A DNA stretch of 64,000 nucleotides from Candidatus Latescibacterota bacterium (lineage in GTDB: Bacteria; Latescibacterota; UBA2968; UBA8231): assembly GCA_965242865.1 (NCBI GenBank), contig CBDETK010000013.1:3168001-3232000 (forward strand), read 5' to 3'. Shown here one piece after another: positions 58,057-64,000 of this stretch. The position numbers and the translations under genes were made by a program. The notes under the pieces were generated by a model. It was given only the letters and a program-made list of their open reading frames with translations, had not been told where the DNA came from and ran no database searches. The stretch's first letter is position 1. Every line of letters starts with the position of its first letter.

Positions 58057-58695
58057 TTAGCGGGACGCATCAGCGACCACTCCTTTCGTTGCACAACTGG
58101 CCAAGAACCGGCGACGGCTTTCCTCTATATCGTCGGCAAATTGCTCGACCATAAAATCGCCGATGCGCCCCGAACTATCGACGCAGAGCATGACACCGTG
58201 TATTTCTCTCGATCCGAGCAGTTGTAGCAACGGTTCTGGCACATGCTCCTTTTCTATTGTGACAGGCTTTCTTTTGGGAGCGTACGAGGCACTTATCTCC
58301 AGCACCTTTATCAGGCTCTCCTCCCCTTCAAACGCGCCGATGTAGAGCGGCTCGTTTCCAATCTCCAGATTGCTTTGTCCCTCGTACCAGTACCCAAACA
58401 TATCGACGTAACAGGCACCGCACTTTGCCTTGTCGTCGAATAGCATAATTATATCGCCATCTCGCCGAATAAAATCTCCCAAGCGGACTATCTCTACCCC
58501 CTGCCGAGTAGGCAACTCGTCCAAGGCGAGTCCCAGTACCCGATCTCCCGCGACTTCCAAGGCAACTTCCCTCTTTAACTCCTCGATCTCGTGCCGGCGC
58601 TCGTCCCGGCCTTGGTTCTTGCCAACCAAGAAAGACACCCCTATGGCTAGGGCCGCCAGCAGCACAACGGCCAACCGTCTGATGTGTGTCATCAT
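58057..58695 (-). CDS. Membrane-anchored CxxC (thioredoxin-like?) protein
   Basis: N-terminal TM, IIMLFD..AKCGAC, MLCVDSSGRI. Confidence 0.55.
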   Translation of the reverse strand: MMTHIRRLAVVLLAALAIGVSFLVGKNQGRDERRHEIEELKREVALEVAGDRVLGLALDELPTRQGVEIVRLGDFIRRDGDIIMLFDDKAKCGACYVDMFGYWYEGQSNLEIGNEPLYIGAFEGEESLIKVLEISASYAPKRKPVTIEKEHVPEPLLQLLGSREIHGVMLCVDSSGRIGDFMVEQFADDIEESRRRFLASCATKGVVADASR

Positions 58696-58745
58696 TCGCT
58701 CCTTGTTGTTGGAGTTGATATTGCTCGCAGTCTCAGACCGCACTA

Positions 58746-59813
58746 TTAGGCATCCAAAACCGCGATCCTGTACACCTTTACCACTGGATCGGCTAAGTTG
58801 CCGGAATCGTCGATATAGGCTTCCTGCCGCATATAGAGCAGGCCCTCGTCAGCAGTGCCCACTAACCAGCCATAATCGGAACCAATACGGCCGACTCGTC
58901 TGAACTGGTCGTCATATACCAGATAGTAGCCGAACTCTTCGCCTTCCTCCCTCATCTCCTCAGTCTCGGGAGCCACGACGAGTACGATGTACAGACCTAC
59001 CTCCTGCAAGTAGTACAGGTCTAAGAGATGGGCTGCATTCGACCACTCTTCGACGAAACGCGGGTCACGCTTGGAATCTACCTCGCTGAACAGGTCATTG
59101 GAGACCTGCCGCTCATCTACCAAGTACTTGCCGATGAGCTGCCCCTTGTTGATGTCGTACACCCGCAGGGCATTGTCCAAATTCGTCGTCGCTACCAAGC
59201 TGTCGCCTTTCAGGACCATCCCTTTGTTTTCGTACTTCCGCAGCAGCGACATATTGCCAATAGCAAGCAGCCCGTGCTCGCCATCCTCCGTCGGTCCCAC
59301 TCTGAACAGAAAGTGGCCCCTCGATACCAGTTTGGCGTACCTGCCCGCACCGTTGTACTCCATCTTCTCCACGTACGACCGAGGCCGCTTCTCCACATAC
59401 TTTTTGTCCTTGTCAAACTCGTATGCGTATCGGCTATCCAGCACGATGAGACCACCGCTCGGAGTCCATATAAGGTACTTCGGTTTGGTGAAGTTGCGGC
59501 CCTCTCCTTCCAAATGGCGGTACTCATCAATGACGAGACCGTCCGCCGTTACCTCGACCACGTTGCCGCTCTTTTTGTCCGCAACGACCAGCGTTCCATT
59601 CCCATTGGGCAACACGTGAGTAGCACTGACCAGTTTTTTCCCGTCCTCGGCCCGCAGAACGAGAGTTCCTTCTTCCCGCAGGTCCATTTTGAACGGCGAA
59701 GACCCCGCCTGTTGCACAGGGCAATCTGCCTCTGGATCAACGCCGCATCCCAAAATCGCGGGCAAGGCGAAAAACGCGGAGTTCAAAACCCCTATAATGG
59801 CTGCCTTTACCAT
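58746..59813 (-). CDS. Beta-propeller (6-bladed/NHL-like) lipoprotein
   Basis: Lipobox ILGC; G.LVVAD, GEG..F..P, G.LIVLD, YLVYD blade motifs; start after GGAGG. Confidence 0.7.
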   Translation of the reverse strand: MVKAAIIGVLNSAFFALPAILGCGVDPEADCPVQQAGSSPFKMDLREEGTLVLRAEDGKKLVSATHVLPNGNGTLVVADKKSGNVVEVTADGLVIDEYRHLEGEGRNFTKPKYLIWTPSGGLIVLDSRYAYEFDKDKKYVEKRPRSYVEKMEYNGAGRYAKLVSRGHFLFRVGPTEDGEHGLLAIGNMSLLRKYENKGMVLKGDSLVATTNLDNALRVYDINKGQLIGKYLVDERQVSNDLFSEVDSKRDPRFVEEWSNAAHLLDLYYLQEVGLYIVLVVAPETEEMREEGEEFGYYLVYDDQFRRVGRIGSDYGWLVGTADEGLLYMRQEAYIDDSGNLADPVVKVYRIAVLDA

Positions 59814-59815
59814 GG

Positions 59816-61759
59816 CTATTCCTCCTGACGGTTGCTGTCGAAGTAATCTTCGACGAGATTGACCACCCGATTCACCCCTGCGGGAAAACTGATACACACT
59901 GCGGGTAGGCCGGTTGCATCGTTCAACCTGCTTTCCATAGCATCCACTTGCGCTTTGTCCAGCACTCGCTCCTTTGTGATGAGCCGACCGATCCCCTCCA
60001 AGATCTGCCGCTGCCGTGCGATGAACGCCAACGCTATGGTATCGGCCTTGCCCAGCCCTCTGAGGACTGCTAGACAATCCTCAATGTGATCCAACTCGTC
60101 GAACTCGTTGACCAGCAGTACGTAGGCATCGGGTGCGGTGCCGAACATGGTCGCTATCGCGGGCAGCGAATACAGACTGTGCTTCACCGCCAGAGACGGC
60201 AGGGACACCCCGGATTGCGCCCCGACCAAGACGATGTCAGGTGTGGATTGGGCGATGCCTACCATGGCGCTCTGCAAAAGGGTCACATGACTCTCCATGG
60301 GAATATCCACGCTGACCAGCCCCTCGTATCCGTTGGGGAAAGTGTAGTCAGCACCCAACAATTCCCCTTGGTGTTCTGTCGCTAGCCAACTCGTCGCGTA
60401 CCCCCTACTCTTGAGTTCTTTCCTTATCAAAAGCTGGGCCGTGACTTTCCCCTGGTCCTGCGAGGTGCCAAAAATTCCCAAGACAGGGCAGGTGATCGGT
60501 TCGTCTGGAGCAAAGGCACGGACCAAGGCGCGATAGACCTCTGTATCCACTATCGGCGCTGCCAAGCGCAACCCGCGCTTCTCGAACAACTCAGCATAGG
60601 GCACTTCGTAGAGCAAACACGCACGAGACAAGCTGTAAACGTTGCATCCCTTGGCTAGACAGACCTCCAGCGCTTCCCGCAACAGATCTCTCCGCTTGGC
60701 CTCACTATAGGCGTCCAAATGGCCTATGATCAGCGTATCAACGCCGTCTAACGCCTCTTCTAAGACCAATCGGACCGATGCACCGACAGGTTCCGCGCCA
60801 ATTGCCTCGCCTGCGTCCAATCCTTTTAGCTTGGACGGGGGGATGTCCACCACGCTAGCAATTTCAAACGACAACTGATCGGCGAAGCGGACCAACGACC
60901 TCATTTCCTTGTTGAAAGGATATACGGCTGCCCGCCCGATCCACCCGATGTCGGGTTTTATCGACTCCTTCCCCCAGGTAACCGCACCGCTGATCCACGT
61001 TGGCCCCGCTTCATTCCCGCTCTGGTGAACCATCGGCGGGGCGGTCTCGGCAGAAAAGCGGTGGAATTGATCCTCAATGCGACCTCCCTGTACACGTCGC
61101 CGCTGCTCTAGGAGTAAGGCGATGCCCGACACCCTTGCAGCCGCAAAGCTCGAAGCGGCTATTAGTGCTTTTTGCCCTTCCTTCCAGACGACTCGTTGCC
61201 TGTCACCCCGTGCAATGAATTGGACAGCAGCGTCTGAATCGTAGAAATAGCCGTACTTGCCACGAACCCGGCCGCCATTGACGCCGTACACGCAATCAAA
61301 CTTGGCCGGCGACGAGAGCAGGGCGGGATCGCGGTTCGCACTGACCAGCAATATGCCAGCATCACTCAAGTCTCGGCAGGCCGCATACAGTTCGTCCTCC
61401 CAATCGCGCTCCAGCGTCCCCAAGCTCAGATTGACCGCATCAGCCCCAAGCTCCTTGCACTGGCCTAGGGCTTGGAGAATGACTTCGGGATATGCTCGTA
61501 ACTCCTCCCCGAAGACTTTGATGCTGCTAATCGTCGCCGCGGGTGCAACACGCGCAATCAGGTCCATACAAGCGGTCCCGTGGCCGATTTCGTCCATGCC
61601 TTCCTGCGGCCCCCCTTTGCTCCCCGTCAAGTCAATGACCGCCCCCAACGCGATGTCCTCCAGAGATTTGCCTAGACCGCTGTCTATGACCGCTACGTGC
61701 ATTCCGCTGCCGTGAGACGACTCCAACTCGTGTGCGTGATGCTGACTCAATGCAGGCAT
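59816..61759 (-). CDS. S8 subtilase fused to a DUF1611/TIGR04066-like P-loop domain
   Basis: VAVIDSG, HGTAC, VNLSLG, SSFAAARVSG; then AVYPFNKE...GLDAG and PVLGIFGTSQDQGK. Confidence 0.78.
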   Translation of the reverse strand: MPALSQHHAHELESSHGSGMHVAVIDSGLGKSLEDIALGAVIDLTGSKGGPQEGMDEIGHGTACMDLIARVAPAATISSIKVFGEELRAYPEVILQALGQCKELGADAVNLSLGTLERDWEDELYAACRDLSDAGILLVSANRDPALLSSPAKFDCVYGVNGGRVRGKYGYFYDSDAAVQFIARGDRQRVVWKEGQKALIAASSFAAARVSGIALLLEQRRRVQGGRIEDQFHRFSAETAPPMVHQSGNEAGPTWISGAVTWGKESIKPDIGWIGRAAVYPFNKEMRSLVRFADQLSFEIASVVDIPPSKLKGLDAGEAIGAEPVGASVRLVLEEALDGVDTLIIGHLDAYSEAKRRDLLREALEVCLAKGCNVYSLSRACLLYEVPYAELFEKRGLRLAAPIVDTEVYRALVRAFAPDEPITCPVLGIFGTSQDQGKVTAQLLIRKELKSRGYATSWLATEHQGELLGADYTFPNGYEGLVSVDIPMESHVTLLQSAMVGIAQSTPDIVLVGAQSGVSLPSLAVKHSLYSLPAIATMFGTAPDAYVLLVNEFDELDHIEDCLAVLRGLGKADTIALAFIARQRQILEGIGRLITKERVLDKAQVDAMESRLNDATGLPAVCISFPAGVNRVVNLVEDYFDSNRQEE

Positions 61760-61802
61760 AGCTACTTGCGTCCTTGGCTTGTGGTGGCCTTATCTCCTAT
61801 AT

Positions 61803-61923
61803 AGCAAGATGTATGCCATGTTCTATATACTATTGAAAAACAAGGAGATGCGTTGAATCGGCCTCTGGACCGACCTAAGGGCGAGTGTCCGCTGGTGATA
61901 CAGGGGTGTCCGCTGGTGATACA
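61803..61923 (-). promoter_or_regulatory. Sigma-54 promoter and tandem UAS
   Basis: Minus strand TGGCATACATCTTGC; TGTCCGCTGGTGATACA at 61886 and 61907. Confidence 0.85.
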
Positions 61924-62035
61924 CTTTAGCTCACAGGCAGGACGATGCGTAGCGTCCGCGATTGACTTGGGGGGATGGACTCGTTATATGTCTCAGATAT
62001 GAACTACAAACGCTTGGAACTTGGGAGCGGCGACC

Positions 62036-63408
<1,373 letters not shown>

Positions 63409-63412
<4 letters not shown>

Positions 63413-63684
63413 ACCTGCTCGTGGGCTTCTTTATACGCTTTCAGAATCGCACTGATCCGCGTCTGACAGCCTTCGCCTTGGCGCCGGAACCATTCCAGTA
63501 CATCCTTGTCCAGACGCAGGGTAATCTGCGCCTTGCCCGGCACCGGCTTCAAGCCCTTTTGCACGAGGGCCTGAGCGAACATTTCGGGAGACAGAGGCCG
63601 AACATCGGAGTAATCAATGGCCTCATCCTCCATCGCGTCTAGCCGCTTGAGTGTGCGCTTGATAGATTCTTTGTTCTCGCTCAT
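63409..63684 (-). CDS. BrnA-family antitoxin (DUF4415-like)
   Basis: IDYSD..PL, K.QITLRLDKDVLEWFR.QGEG.QTRI..IL..Y. Confidence 0.82.
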
Positions 63685-63870
63685 TGGCTTTCCTCATCGA
63701 GATGTTGCCCCTCGGCCTCCGATTCACAAATGCCCAAAAAGCCAAAGGCAATCGCCGCAGTGCCCGCCGCCGCGCCAAGAGCAAAAGCACCAACGCCTAT
63801 CGCGCCCACGCCCTCGACCGCGCCGGCCTCGACCACGCCCGCGCCCCACGCTATACCAGCCAGCCGCCGC

Positions 63871-63948
63871 GGCAATTTGCTATCTGTTAATGCCGCCCAC
63901 TAAAGAAAGTTCTGAGAAGAAGGAAGAACCAACAGATAGCAAATTGCC
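63871..63948. mobile_element. 78-bp MITE-like element or IS remnant
   Basis: Perfect 18-bp inverted repeat GGCAATTTGCTATCTGTT / AACAGATAGCAAATTGCC. Confidence 0.5.
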
Positions 63949-64000
63949 AAACCACGCCGATATTGACGTGCTGGCCGAACTCAAAAAGCATTGGGCCGCC

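Overview
GC-rich bacterial DNA. The many C-terminal FlgD-Ig/'YPNPFN' tails suggest an FCB-group lineage such as Latescibacterota (inference). There are two accessory systems driven by sigma-54. (1) 1-37.1 kb, + strand: a duplication-built array. It holds 10 close paralogs plus 1 divergent paralog of a secreted protein (putative jelly-roll domain + FG-GAP repeats + FlgD tail) with conserved frameworks and hypervariable loops. It also holds 4 DUF4159-like paralogs with variable loops, and 4 genes of a Cys-rich secreted peptide family with a constant leader and variable core (two free, two fused to the FlgD tail). A glycosyltransferase-transglutaminase fusion, a GT2 and decayed TPR genes complete it. 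(2) 40.2-63.4 kb, mostly - strand: an unannotated 58-aa Cys-containing precursor-like peptide (MKKLTKR...VVFGY...) in two identical copies, below the ORF-track cutoff. It sits with an S8 peptidase/P-loop fusion, a beta-propeller lipoprotein, a CxxC protein, a lanthipeptide-type kinase, an ABC exporter, an acyl carrier protein, MacB-like permeases and a glycan-tailoring operon. Four matching sigma-54 promoters with tandem TGT-N11-ACA boxes and a divergent NtrC-family activator accompany it. A GIY-YIG nuclease with REP-like palindromes, a GH99/71-like gene and a PhyH gene lie between the two systems. All family calls come from motif recognition by eye; no searches were run.
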